Source of the DNA: Caldivirga maquilingensis IC-167
GTDB lineage: Archaea > Thermoproteota > Thermoprotei > Thermoproteales > Thermocladiaceae
NCBI RefSeq assembly: GCF_000018305.1
Contig: NC_009954.1
Location: forward strand, 1,770,001 to 1,802,000
DNA: 32,000 nucleotides
Direction: 5' to 3'
Part shown: one piece after another, positions 1-8,785 of the stretch
Layout: each line of letters starts with the position of its first letter
Position numbering within the stretch: the stretch's first letter is position 1
Made by a program: the position numbers and the translations under genes
The notes under the pieces: generated by a model
Seen by the model: the letters and a program-made list of their open reading frames with translations, nothing else
Databases searched by the model: none
Told to the model about the DNA's origin: nothing

Positions 1-1
1 C

Positions 2-1891
2 GCCTATGGGTACAGGTATGGTTCAGATCCACTGTATGTATCAATACCGTTCTTCATAATTACTAATAAGAATGGGGCAATAGGCCACTTCGCTGATTCC
101 ACGGCTAAGGTAATTATTGATCTTGGTGCAGAGAAGGAGGATGAGTTCACGGTTATTGTGAATGATTATCAACTGGATTACTACATTATTAGGGGGCCTA
201 GGCTTAAGGATGTGGTTACTAGGTTCATTAACTTAACAGGTAAACCCACCTTAATGCCTAAATGGGCGCTTGGGCATCAGCAAAGTAGGTACAGTTACTA
301 CCCCCAGGATAGGGTTATTGAGATTATTAAGACCTTTAAGGAGAAGGAACTGGATAACACTGTTGTATACCTTGATATACATTACATGGATGGCTACAGA
401 ATATTCACCTGGAGTAAGGATAGGTTCCCTAATCCCACTGAATTAGCTAAGGCGGCTCATGAACTTGGTGTTAAATTAGTAACCATAGTGGATCCGTATG
501 TTAAAGTTGATCCAAATTACTACGTGTTTAAGGAGGGTATTAATGGTAATCACCTGTCGCTTGATGATGATGGTGGATTATCCATAGTTCAGGGTTGGCC
601 AGGTAAATCAGCATTACCGGACTTCTTTAATAAGGAGGCTAGGGAGTGGTGGGCTAGTCTCATTGAGCGTTGGGTTAGGGAGTATGGTGTTGACGGTATT
701 TGGCTAGACATGAATGAACCAGCGGCCTTCGATTATCCCAATCACACTGTTTCAAGTAAAGTAATAACTCATAGACTTGATGATGATTCAAGGGTGCCTC
801 ATGACTTCCTCCACAACGCCTATGCGCTATATGAGGCTATGGCAACATATGATGGCTTAGTTAAGGCGGGTAGAAGACCATTCGTATTATCCAGGGCCGG
901 TTACGCCGGTATCCAGAGGTATGCGGCAGTTTGGACTGGTGATAATACCAGTAATTGGGAACACTTGAGACTGCAATTGCAGATACTCCTGGGTTTAAGT
1001 ATATCAGGTGTCACATTCATTGGCGCTGATGTAGGTGGCTTTGCAAAATATGTTCCAGGGAGTGGTGGAAATGTTTTGTTTACTTTAAGTCCTGAACTAC
1101 TGGTTAGGTGGTATGAGTGGGCTATTTTCTTCCCACTGCTGAGGAACCATGCCTCAATTGGGTCACCTGACCAGGAACCCTGGGCCTTTGGGCCAAGAAC
1201 ACTTGAATTAATTAAGAATCTTCTGAGGCTCAGGGCTAGGTTAACCCCATACTTATACTCATTAATGTGGCTTAGCCACATTAATGGTGAACCAATAGTT
1301 AGGCCATTGATATACGAGTACCCTAATGATGAGGAGGTTATTAATATTGATGATGAATTCATGCTTGGGCCATTCATGCTAATAGCACCAATGTTAACCA
1401 GTGGTAATGCCAGGGAGGTTTACTTACCTGAGGGGGAATGGGTTAATATGTGGAGTGGTGAGGTGCTTAACAAGGGATTCCACATTGTTGATGCACCACT
1501 TGGTAAGCCACCAGTATTCCTTAGGAGGGGTTCACTGATACCTGTACAGGAGACTCAGGGTGTTTTAGGCGTGCTGACGGTATTGGGTGAGGGGGAATTC
1601 ACTGTTTACGATGATGATGGTGAATCATCATCACCAACACCATCAACATTAAGCCTAAGGATTAGTGGTGAATCAATTACAGTAGGTAATTGGATTAATC
1701 CAATGCCTCAATCACCATCATCAATAATACTTGAGGCCTATGTTAATAAGGAACCAGGTAAAGTAACTATTAATGATACTGAGGTGGCTAAGGCTAAGTT
1801 CAATATTGAACCAGGTCCACCATCATGGTACATGGATAAGCTACTCTACATTAGAGCGGCAACTGGGAGTAATGTTAAAATAATTAATTAA
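2..1891 (+). CDS. Glycoside hydrolase family 31 alpha-glucosidase (5' end lies outside window)
   Basis: The frame is open from nt 2 (AYGYRYGSDPLYVSIPFF...), so the listed start at 158 is internal. GH31 signatures are present: GIWLDMNEPA (nucleophile Asp region) and AVWTGDNTSNWEHL (acid/base Asp region). Confidence 0.9.
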   Translation, partial: AYGYRYGSDPLYVSIPFFIITNKNGAIGHFADSTAKVIIDLGAEKEDEFTVIVNDYQLDYYIIRGPRLKDVVTRFINLTGKPTLMPKWALGHQQSRYSYYPQDRVIEIIKTFKEKELDNTVVYLDIHYMDGYRIFTWSKDRFPNPTELAKAAHELGVKLVTIVDPYVKVDPNYYVFKEGINGNHLSLDDDGGLSIVQGWPGKSALPDFFNKEAREWWASLIERWVREYGVDGIWLDMNEPAAFDYPNHTVSSKVITHRLDDDSRVPHDFLHNAYALYEAMATYDGLVKAGRRPFVLSRAGYAGIQRYAAVWTGDNTSNWEHLRLQLQILLGLSISGVTFIGADVGGFAKYVPGSGGNVLFTLSPELLVRWYEWAIFFPLLRNHASIGSPDQEPWAFGPRTLELIKNLLRLRARLTPYLYSLMWLSHINGEPIVRPLIYEYPNDEEVINIDDEFMLGPFMLIAPMLTSGNAREVYLPEGEWVNMWSGEVLNKGFHIVDAPLGKPPVFLRRGSLIPVQETQGVLGVLTVLGEGEFTVYDDDGESSSPTPSTLSLRISGESITVGNWINPMPQSPSSIILEAYVNKEPGKVTINDTEVAKAKFNIEPGPPSWYMDKLLYIRAATGSNVKIIN

Positions 1892-2499
1892 GCGTACTTA
1901 ACCCAATGTTTCCTTGCCGCAATCACAAGTACTATTACTACTGCAATTAAGGCTAAGGCAAGGTAGTCAATGTACCTTGACACTAGGGTTAACCCGGTCT
2001 CCCAGGCTGGACCTAGGCTGAGGCCTATGTAAATTAACACTATATTCCATATAGTTGAACCTACTGTAGTGTAAAGCATGAATAACCACACGTTCATTCT
2101 AGCCACTCCAGCTGGTATTGATATTAAGGCCCTAATGCCGGGTATGAATTTAGCTAAAACCACTGATACACCACCATACTTGTTAAACCACTGCTCCGCA
2201 GCGTCCAAATGTCTTCTACTTATGCCAACGTACTTACCCAGCTTAAGAACTATACTGTAACCCACGTAGTAGCTTAGTAGGTATAGTATTAATGATCCAA
2301 TTAGACTAGCTATTACCGAATCAATAAGGGCTGGTATTAAACTGAGTCGGCCAATATATATTAAGTATCCTGTGAACGGTAGTATTACCTCGCTTGGAAT
2401 GGGTAATGATAGGGATTCCAGAGTCATAAGTATGAAAAGACCCATATAACCCATGTTCTCCACTATGAAAATCACGTTCACCAGTGATTGCAGAACCAT
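1888..2499 (-). CDS. DedA/VTT-domain family membrane protein
   Basis: Multi-TM protein with the DedA-type N-terminal motif LESLSLPIPSEVILPFTGYL and FIPGIRALISIPAG. ATG start at 2499. Its stop shares a TTAA with the convergent GH31 stop. Confidence 0.8.
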   Translation of the reverse strand: MVLQSLVNVIFIVENMGYMGLFILMTLESLSLPIPSEVILPFTGYLIYIGRLSLIPALIDSVIASLIGSLILYLLSYYVGYSIVLKLGKYVGISRRHLDAAEQWFNKYGGVSVVLAKFIPGIRALISIPAGVARMNVWLFMLYTTVGSTIWNIVLIYIGLSLGPAWETGLTLVSRYIDYLALALIAVVIVLVIAARKHWVKYA

Positions 2500-2567
2500 G
2501 ACTGCGTCTAATGCCGTGCTTTTTAAATGTTGCTTTACTGCTATACGCCTTGGATATATTTATTTAT

Positions 2568-3794
2568 TCACTTGCCATTAAGTCTCTTAGATGCCTTTAA
2601 GATTGCATTAACTCTACTTAACGTAGTTGGGTGACTTAGGAAAACCTGTTTAATTAATGGTGAATGTATTGATGGGTAAGTTACCTTAACTAAAGCAGTG
2701 GCTAATGATTCCTTATAACCCTTGCTTAATGCGTATAAGTCAGCCTTAGTTTCATTAATCCTACTTAATGTAAGTGAGATGACTATAGCCAGTAATGCTA
2801 TTAATGCGTAAGCGGATACTGTTACTAGGGTTAACCCAATCCTTGGTATAACGTATAGCAGCATTACAGCTGAGACCAGGGAGTAGACTACTGATGCCAC
2901 CAATGCCTTATAGGTGTCTTTATTAATTATATGACCTAACTCATGGTGAATCACGGCCCTTAACTCATCTTCATTAAGGCATGCCACTAATTTAGTGCTA
3001 ACCAATATTACCTTATTAATGAGGTTTAGGGATACTGCATTACATTCAGGTGATGGGACTAAGTAAACATTAATGCCTTTAATTAATGGCATTGATATTC
3101 TCTCAACATTAATACTGGTTATCATTGAACCACCTATAGCCCTTAGCCCTGATATTAACAATGTTAATTGACTCTTGCTAATGCTCTTAATTGATGAAGC
3201 ATATGATACTAATCTGGCAAGCGTATCCTCAGGCACATCAATAGGTAACGTTACCACTACCTTAATTATGTTTGAACCATTAACCCTTAACTTAATCATG
3301 CGGAGGAAGGATACATAGGTGTAGGCTATGTTAGTTAATAAGACTTGCGCAATAACCACGGCTAGGGTTAGTAATATACCGTACTTCGTAAGTAGAAGGA
3401 ATATAATTAAGGTTAGTATTGATGAAACAATGAATGATACTGCCGGGTTCATGGTAATTGATGAGGTAGGTCTAGTGGGTATTTTCACGTACTCTTCACC
3501 ATTATCTTTAAATAACATAACAAGCTTCCTACCATTACCAATAACAGTATTCCTTAGCATAATCTTACTGAATTCATCAGCCTTCTTCAAGTCGCCACGT
3601 ATTCTAAGGGATCCATTAGTAATGGCTAAGTAGAATCTAGTGAAGTACGCCTCAATGCTGATATCAGAGTTTAGCGAGTAGATAACATATAGTAAATCAT
3701 TATTATTACCGGTACTTAGGTTTCTCATGATGTCAGATACCTTAATTGAGCCGAGCCTCATTAATGAGTCAAGTAGCTTACTGTACGCACGCAT
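2568..3794 (-). CDS. Peptidase M48 (HtpX-like) membrane zinc metalloprotease with ~120-aa N-terminal soluble extension
   Basis: HExxH motif (IHHELGHII) is followed by the downstream ligand region INETKADLYA. Several TM helices flank the motif. ATG start at 3794. Confidence 0.8.
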   Translation of the reverse strand: MRAYSKLLDSLMRLGSIKVSDIMRNLSTGNNNDLLYVIYSLNSDISIEAYFTRFYLAITNGSLRIRGDLKKADEFSKIMLRNTVIGNGRKLVMLFKDNGEEYVKIPTRPTSSITMNPAVSFIVSSILTLIIFLLLTKYGILLTLAVVIAQVLLTNIAYTYVSFLRMIKLRVNGSNIIKVVVTLPIDVPEDTLARLVSYASSIKSISKSQLTLLISGLRAIGGSMITSINVERISMPLIKGINVYLVPSPECNAVSLNLINKVILVSTKLVACLNEDELRAVIHHELGHIINKDTYKALVASVVYSLVSAVMLLYVIPRIGLTLVTVSAYALIALLAIVISLTLSRINETKADLYALSKGYKESLATALVKVTYPSIHSPLIKQVFLSHPTTLSRVNAILKASKRLNGK

Positions 3795-3851
3795 TCACTA
3801 AGATGCCTACGGGTACCTTTTTAACCTGAACAGTCAAGCATGGTTAACGTG

Positions 3852-3879
3852 ACACTGACGTAATACTGTACGTCAGTGT
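3852..3879. promoter_or_regulatory. Perfect 11-bp inverted repeat (ACACTGACGTA-N6-TACGTCAGTGT) in a divergent promoter region
   Basis: Read directly from the sequence. It lies between TATA-like CTTTTTAA (3817-3824, for the minus-strand M48 gene) and CTATAA (3895-3900, for the plus-strand 3926 gene). Confidence 0.4.
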
Positions 3880-3925
3880 ATTATCACTCAACTGCTATAA
3901 GGGGTTAAGGAGCCCAGGTTAACCT

Positions 3926-4291
3926 ATGGCCAGCGTTAAATTAGTACGAGAAGCTAGAATGAAGGTAACAACCCACAATAAGGTGATGCACATGAAGATG
4001 AACGTGATGATTAAGCTTAAGGAATATGCATCCTCCTCCAAGGGGAACCTAATAACAGTTAGGCCAAGTAAGATAGCCCAGGAAATAAATACTGTGGGAA
4101 GGGTGACAAGGGCTGATGGAGTTGTTATAAGGAATTTCCTAGAGCAGTTGGTTGAGAGGGGTTATATGGAGGTCATTAAGAGGAGCGCCAGGGGTAAGGT
4201 ATATGGAATACGAAAGGGAGGAGAATTCTGGAAGCTCCTCATGTCACATAATCCTGAAGACATACTTGACTTAATCAATATAGAGGAGTAA
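3926..4291 (+). CDS. Small putative winged-helix DNA-binding protein (hypothetical)
   Basis: 121-aa basic ORF with a wHTH-like segment (PSKIAQEINTVGRVTRADGVVIRNFLEQLVERGYMEV...GKVYGI). The start is uncertain because there are several in-frame Met codons. No family was recognised. Confidence 0.45.
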   Translation: MASVKLVREARMKVTTHNKVMHMKMNVMIKLKEYASSSKGNLITVRPSKIAQEINTVGRVTRADGVVIRNFLEQLVERGYMEVIKRSARGKVYGIRKGGEFWKLLMSHNPEDILDLINIEE

Positions 4292-4359
4292 GATGCTGAG
4301 TCTCTAGGCATAAGGCCTGTTTCAAACTTTTTAATGCTGCATTAATAATACTCCTAGAA

Positions 4360-4406
4360 GTGAAGAGGACGGGATGAACTGAAGAGTGATGAGAACCCGG
4401 GCCTGA
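4360..4406 (+). ncRNA. Candidate C/D box sRNA
   Basis: Layout: C-like GUGAAGA (4360-66), 12-nt spacer, D' CUGA (4379-82), 3-nt linker, C' GUGAUGA (4386-92), 10-nt spacer GAACCCGGGC, D CUGA (4403-06). TATA-like ACTTTTTAATG sits about 25 nt upstream. Weak points are the imperfect C box and the 10-nt second spacer. Confidence 0.3.
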
Positions 4407-4574
4407 GACTATTCATAGTGTTGCTGCTTAGTTAGTAATAGTTCAATAATATAAGGTAGGGTTCTTATTTTATACTTATGCTTAAAGAATTAGTAATATA
4501 AATGTTTGGTTAAGTTGTAGAACTAACGAATAAAGCATTAATGTTTAAAAACTCAGCATGCTAAGGTAAACCTA

Positions 4575-5954
4575 ATGTATAAGACATATGACGTGCTTAT
4601 TGTTGGCGCTGGCACAGCGGGTTCATATGCGGCATATTTAATGGCTAAGCAGGGTTTAAGTGTAGCATTAGTGGAGCGTAAGAGGGCTGAGGAGGTTTTC
4701 AAAGTAACTGGTGATGCCATTGGGAAACACCACATTGAAGAGTTAACTAAGTCAGGCTTAAGTATTAGTAATGACGTATTCATGATTAAGTACGAGGGTG
4801 CTGAATTATATAGCCCGGATTTAAGCATAAAGTACTTTGTTGCAGGTGAGGGTTACGGCCTCGATATTGGTAAGTGGGCTCAATGGCTGATTAATGCAGC
4901 TAATAATAGTGGCGCAGACATAATAGATAATCATACTGTATCAACACCAATAATTGAGGGGGGCTTCGTGAAGGGTGTTAAGGCAAGTAGGAGGGATGGA
5001 ACCCAGGTTGAGTTAAGGGCTAAGGTAACAGTGGATGCCTCAGGTGCAACAGGGGTTGTGAGGACTAAGTTACCTTCACAGTATAGGATTAGTGAACCAT
5101 TACTACCAGAGGATGCCTCCTACGCGTACAGGGAGATCGTTGAAGTTGATTACAGTATACCTAATCCCCAGAACATAAGGATATACCTTGATAATAATAT
5201 ATCACCAGGTGGTTACTGGTGGTTCTTCCCCAAGTCAGATAGGGTTGCTAACGTAGGTTTAGGCATCTGGGGTAGGTTGGTTAAGGAGAATGGCTTAAAC
5301 CCAAGGATCAACTATGAGAAGTACCTAGCCTCCTCACCATACGTTAAGGGTAGGAAACTGCTTCACACTGGTGGTGGGATAGTGCCCACAAGGAGACCAT
5401 TAGCCAGCATGGTTGGCCCAGGGATTGTTGCTGTTGGTGATGCTGCTGTGGCCGTTAACCCAATCCATGGCGGCGGTATTGGGCCTGCATTATTGTCATC
5501 AGCATTAGCATCAAAAGCAATAATTGAGGCATTGGAGAAGGGTGATGTTTCTGAAGCCGGCCTATGGAGGTATAATTTAGATTACTTAAATGCCTACGGC
5601 ATTAAGCAGGCTCAACTAGATGTATTTAGGTTAATGCTGCAGACGCTTACCAATGATCAATTGAATAGGGGATTAAGGGCTAGGATACTTACTGAGGATG
5701 AGGTTCTTAGAATGTCAATAAGCGGTAACCTCGACTTAAGTGGCGGTAAGAAGGCATTGATGGCGCTTAGGCTACTTAAGGTACCTGATGTGGCTAGGAA
5801 GCTATCATTAGCATTAAGGTACATGAATGAGATAAAGAAAATATACATTAATTACCCAAGGGATCCCAGTGAATTAAATAATTGGCTGGCTGCACTGGTG
5901 GCTAAGTATAACGAGTATAGGCTTAAACTTAAATTACCCTTAATGACCCTTTAG
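4575..5954 (+). CDS. Geranylgeranyl reductase family FAD-dependent oxidoreductase
   Basis: N-terminal Rossmann motif YDVLIVGAGTAGSYAAYLMAKQG, plus GDAAVAVNPIHGGGIG typical of archaeal GGR-family flavoproteins. TATA-like TGTTTAAAAA lies about 25 nt upstream of the ATG. Confidence 0.85.
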   Translation: MYKTYDVLIVGAGTAGSYAAYLMAKQGLSVALVERKRAEEVFKVTGDAIGKHHIEELTKSGLSISNDVFMIKYEGAELYSPDLSIKYFVAGEGYGLDIGKWAQWLINAANNSGADIIDNHTVSTPIIEGGFVKGVKASRRDGTQVELRAKVTVDASGATGVVRTKLPSQYRISEPLLPEDASYAYREIVEVDYSIPNPQNIRIYLDNNISPGGYWWFFPKSDRVANVGLGIWGRLVKENGLNPRINYEKYLASSPYVKGRKLLHTGGGIVPTRRPLASMVGPGIVAVGDAAVAVNPIHGGGIGPALLSSALASKAIIEALEKGDVSEAGLWRYNLDYLNAYGIKQAQLDVFRLMLQTLTNDQLNRGLRARILTEDEVLRMSISGNLDLSGGKKALMALRLLKVPDVARKLSLALRYMNEIKKIYINYPRDPSELNNWLAALVAKYNEYRLKLKLPLMTL

Positions 5955-5962
5955 GTGGTTTA

Positions 5963-6529
5963 ATGGATCCAAGGGATCAATTAATAAGGTACTTCATTGA
6001 AACATACAATAAAGGGCTTAATACATTAATGGGTGGTAATGCAAGCATCAGAATAGGTGATTCAGTACTAATAACACCAAGCGGTGTACCTAAGTCTGAA
6101 TTGACGATTAATGATATAGTTGAATTATCAATAAATGGTAACGTTATTGAAGGTAATAGGAAACCGTCCTCAGAATGGAGAATGCACTTATCAATATACA
6201 GGGTAAGTGACTATAAGGCTGTAATACATGCGCATGCACCATCAATAATAACCCTATACCTAGCTGGATTAAGCCTTGACTTAAGCGTCGTGAGTGAGGC
6301 TAAGTCATATATACGTAAGATTAGTGATGTAGAATTCATTAAACCCGGTACCCAGGAATTAGCTGATGAAGTGTCAATGAGGATTAAGGATGGGGCTGAT
6401 TTAATAGTGCTTAAGAACCATGGAGTGGTGGCTGTTGGTTACTCACTTCCTGAGGCGTTAAATAAAATTGAGGTTGCTGAGGATACTGCTAAAATGCTAT
6501 TAACATTGAGGTTAATTAATAAGTATTAA
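5963..6529 (+). CDS. Class II aldolase/adducin-domain protein (FucA/AraD-like)
   Basis: Motifs GGNASIR, SSEWRMHLSIYR and AVIHAHAP (metal-binding His cluster), plus LKNHGVVAVG. Confidence 0.8.
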   Translation: MDPRDQLIRYFIETYNKGLNTLMGGNASIRIGDSVLITPSGVPKSELTINDIVELSINGNVIEGNRKPSSEWRMHLSIYRVSDYKAVIHAHAPSIITLYLAGLSLDLSVVSEAKSYIRKISDVEFIKPGTQELADEVSMRIKDGADLIVLKNHGVVAVGYSLPEALNKIEVAEDTAKMLLTLRLINKY

Positions 6530-6804
6530 AGCCTAGATATTATATAGAGCAGTAAAACACCCACTAGGTTCATTATCGTTATTGCAAGTGCTGGTAATGC
6601 AATAAATGGCCCCATACCGGCGATCATCCAATTATAATAGGTTAGGATCATCGCTATACTTTCAATTAAGAAAACAGAGGATACTCCTAAAAGTATTTTC
6701 CCAGTTCTAGTGAATCCAATACCTAGGTAATTCCTAATCATTAATACTAAAACTAAGGCTTGAATCACAGATAATGATATATCAATATACCATATGTAAC
6801 CCAT
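6526..6804 (-). CDS. Small integral membrane protein (3 predicted TM helices), hypothetical
   Basis: 92-aa hydrophobic ORF. Its ATG overlaps the stop of the upstream HTH gene (TAATG), which suggests translational coupling. Confidence 0.5.
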   Translation of the reverse strand: MGYIWYIDISLSVIQALVLVLMIRNYLGIGFTRTGKILLGVSSVFLIESIAMILTYYNWMIAGMGPFIALPALAITIMNLVGVLLLYIISRL

Positions 6805-7175
6805 TACTCATCACCCTCATTCAACTCCCTTAAACCAATCATCCTAATAATATCTACTAGAATGCTCCACTTATTATTTAACTCATCACTTACCAAGTAT
6901 GGTGCCCCATATCCTTCACCAGCCTTAACTATTAGACCGTTTCTCTCAAGAATCTCTAAGTGATATAACACTGTCCTATAATTAACGTTAAGATACTTAG
7001 CTAATTGATTAGGATTCATGGGTCTCTTCCTAAGAGCCTCAAGAATCCTATACCTCATTAAACCACCCCTAGAGCCACCTATTAGCCAAATTAGTAATCT
7101 TTTTAAATCCTTATCATAATTAGCCATTATTAATTCACTATTAATCAACAGTTTATAAGCATTCACCTTACTCAC
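6804..7175 (-). CDS. ArsR-type winged-helix transcriptional regulator
   Basis: MRYRILEALRKRPMNPNQLAKYLNVNYRTVLYHLEILERNGLIV is a typical ArsR/SmtB-like HTH. The listed start is GTG; an internal ATG (MANYDKDL) is an alternative. Confidence 0.75.
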   Translation of the reverse strand: MSKVNAYKLLINSELIMANYDKDLKRLLIWLIGGSRGGLMRYRILEALRKRPMNPNQLAKYLNVNYRTVLYHLEILERNGLIVKAGEGYGAPYLVSDELNNKWSILVDIIRMIGLRELNEGDE

Positions 7176-7317
7176 AATGTCCTTAACGGTTTCTCATTTA
7201 TATCCTTTTTCACTAATTTATTGCAATTTTATTAAGAATCTAATGCTATAATTTTAGTGTGGGATTTGTAATAAAAACTGAATAAAGTTTATTTATAGGC
7301 TAATGCAATGATGCATC

Positions 7318-8754
7318 ATGGATGCGAAAACAATAGGCCTAATAGTAGCGGTGGTGTTAGCGGTCATAGGCTTTGGACTTACCGGATACTACGCCACTAG
7401 AACACCCATGGTTCCAACAATGACGACAACGATGGTTAGTACGGTTACCTCAACAGTCACATCAACGTCAACAATGCCGGCATCAACAGTCACGGTAACT
7501 AGCACTGCACCGGCGTCAACATCAACAGTGACAACCACGGTTACGGTTCCATCAACAACCACCGTCACCTCAACACAAACCGTCACCACCACACAGGTGG
7601 TCACATCTACAACCACTACTACAATGCAACCAAACCAATCCATGATGCCTGAATTAATACCAGTGGCTAACAGTACTGTAATGGTTGATGCAGCTAAGGG
7701 GGCTACGGTGAGGCTCGGCAACATAATAGTTATCATTAGGCCAGGAACCTACGTAATGACACCCAGTGGTCAAATGCTGAGTAGCTACAGCTTCTCAATT
7801 ATTGATTACCAGGTTTACGGCCTAAGCCCAGTTATGGGTAATCAACCAGTGTTTGCGTTTGCATATGCTGTTAATGGGCAGGTTTCACCAGGCTACACCT
7901 TCGTTAACCAGGAGGGTAAACCCTACGCTGTGGTTACTATCGTTAGGATGCCTAATACTTGGGGTAGCTGGACGTGGCTAGGCTTCACCCAGGAGACTAA
8001 TGGGACATTAATAGGTGGGCACTATGCGTTCCAGGATGAGTGGGTTTACGCTGGGTCAGGGTTATTCGTGAACTTCCAGTTCGTTAAGCCGGTGCCATGG
8101 GTCTTTGTGAATACTGGCATGCCCGCATCATCAATGGTAATGTACACTACACCCACTATGCCGAATTCCACAGAAGTCACCGCAATGGCTCCTGAATTAA
8201 TACCAGTGGGTATTGGTACATTAGCAGTTAATGGGTCAATGGGTGGTGCAGTGGCTGTGGGTAATCTACTAGCCATAATACTACCGGGTACCTTCGTTAA
8301 AACACCCAGTGGTCAAATACTTAAGATGTATAACTTCAGTCTAGTGTACCAGGCTATTATGAATATTCCACCACTTAATGAGAGCGACACTTATTACTGG
8401 CCATTATTCTCATACGCCTTTGCAGTGAATAACCAGATTAATGTTGGCTACACCTTCGTTAACGCCAGTGGTTCACCTGTACCAGTGCTGACTGTTGCCT
8501 TCCTACCACCTTGGTTCACCTCATGGACATGGTTAGGTTATGTTCAGTTACCTGATGGCACATTAATGGGCGGTAAATACACATTCCCCAACCCATGGAT
8601 ACCTGGTGACGATTACATAGTTAACGTAGTGTTCATTAAGCCGGTGCCATGGGTGTTCTTGGCTGTTGAGCATGGTTACGTTAACATGACCATGAGCACA
8701 ACGACTACAACAACCACGTCATCATCAGGCTCAGGTTACGTGTGGGGTGGTTGA
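7318..8754 (+). CDS. Membrane-anchored Thr-rich surface protein with two tandem copies of an unrecognised ~180-aa domain
   Basis: N-terminal TM helix (IGLIVAVVLAVIGFGLTGYY). An approximately 70-aa T/S/V-rich linker spans aa 31-102. Two homologous modules each run from PELIPV to KPVPWVF. The C-terminus is a T/S tail. Confidence 0.7.
   Translation: MDAKTIGLIVAVVLAVIGFGLTGYYATRTPMVPTMTTTMVSTVTSTVTSTSTMPASTVTVTSTAPASTSTVTTTVTVPSTTTVTSTQTVTTTQVVTSTTTTTMQPNQSMMPELIPVANSTVMVDAAKGATVRLGNIIVIIRPGTYVMTPSGQMLSSYSFSIIDYQVYGLSPVMGNQPVFAFAYAVNGQVSPGYTFVNQEGKPYAVVTIVRMPNTWGSWTWLGFTQETNGTLIGGHYAFQDEWVYAGSGLFVNFQFVKPVPWVFVNTGMPASSMVMYTTPTMPNSTEVTAMAPELIPVGIGTLAVNGSMGGAVAVGNLLAIILPGTFVKTPSGQILKMYNFSLVYQAIMNIPPLNESDTYYWPLFSYAFAVNNQINVGYTFVNASGSPVPVLTVAFLPPWFTSWTWLGYVQLPDGTLMGGKYTFPNPWIPGDDYIVNVVFIKPVPWVFLAVEHGYVNMTMSTTTTTTTSSSGSGYVWGG
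7645..8661 (+). repeat. Intragenic tandem duplication (unit 1 ~7645-8109, unit 2 ~8185-8661)
   Basis: Identical 19-mer cctgaattaataccagtgg occurs at 7648-7666 and 8191-8209. Identical 17-mer aagccggtgccatgggt occurs at 8086-8102 and 8638-8654. Protein-level collinear motifs are GN(I/L).(V/A)I(I).PGT(Y/F)V.TPSGQ, F.YAVN, GYTFVN, SWTWLG(F/Y) and KPVPWVF. Confidence 0.85.
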
Positions 8755-8785
8755 TTTAAAAATTTAAATTAAAAATTATTTCAAA

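Noticed and set aside
901-1377. Antisense ORFs inside well-supported genes (901-1377, 2078-2260, 3328-3633, 4553-4828, 5657-5848, 9390-9782, 9813-10022, 10299-10586, 13875-14188, 15170-15385, 16595-16849, 18126-18452, 18749-19048, 19993-20199, 20280-20537, 21432-21635, 24736-24957, 26107-26316, 27307-27609, 28430-28648, 30156-30341, 30810-30998)
   Set aside because: Each lies wholly within, and opposite to or out of frame with, a gene that has clear family motifs. Their compositions (L/S/P/T-rich, few charged residues) are typical of shadow ORFs.
7389-7736. Repetitive ACN-rich DNA at about 7400-7620, considered as a microsatellite, CRISPR-like repeat or antisense V/T-rich ORF
   Set aside because: The periodicity is codon-level (Thr/Ser/Val codons of a low-complexity linker in the 7318-8754 CDS). 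It is not a fixed-length repeat-spacer architecture. The antisense ORF is a mirror artefact.
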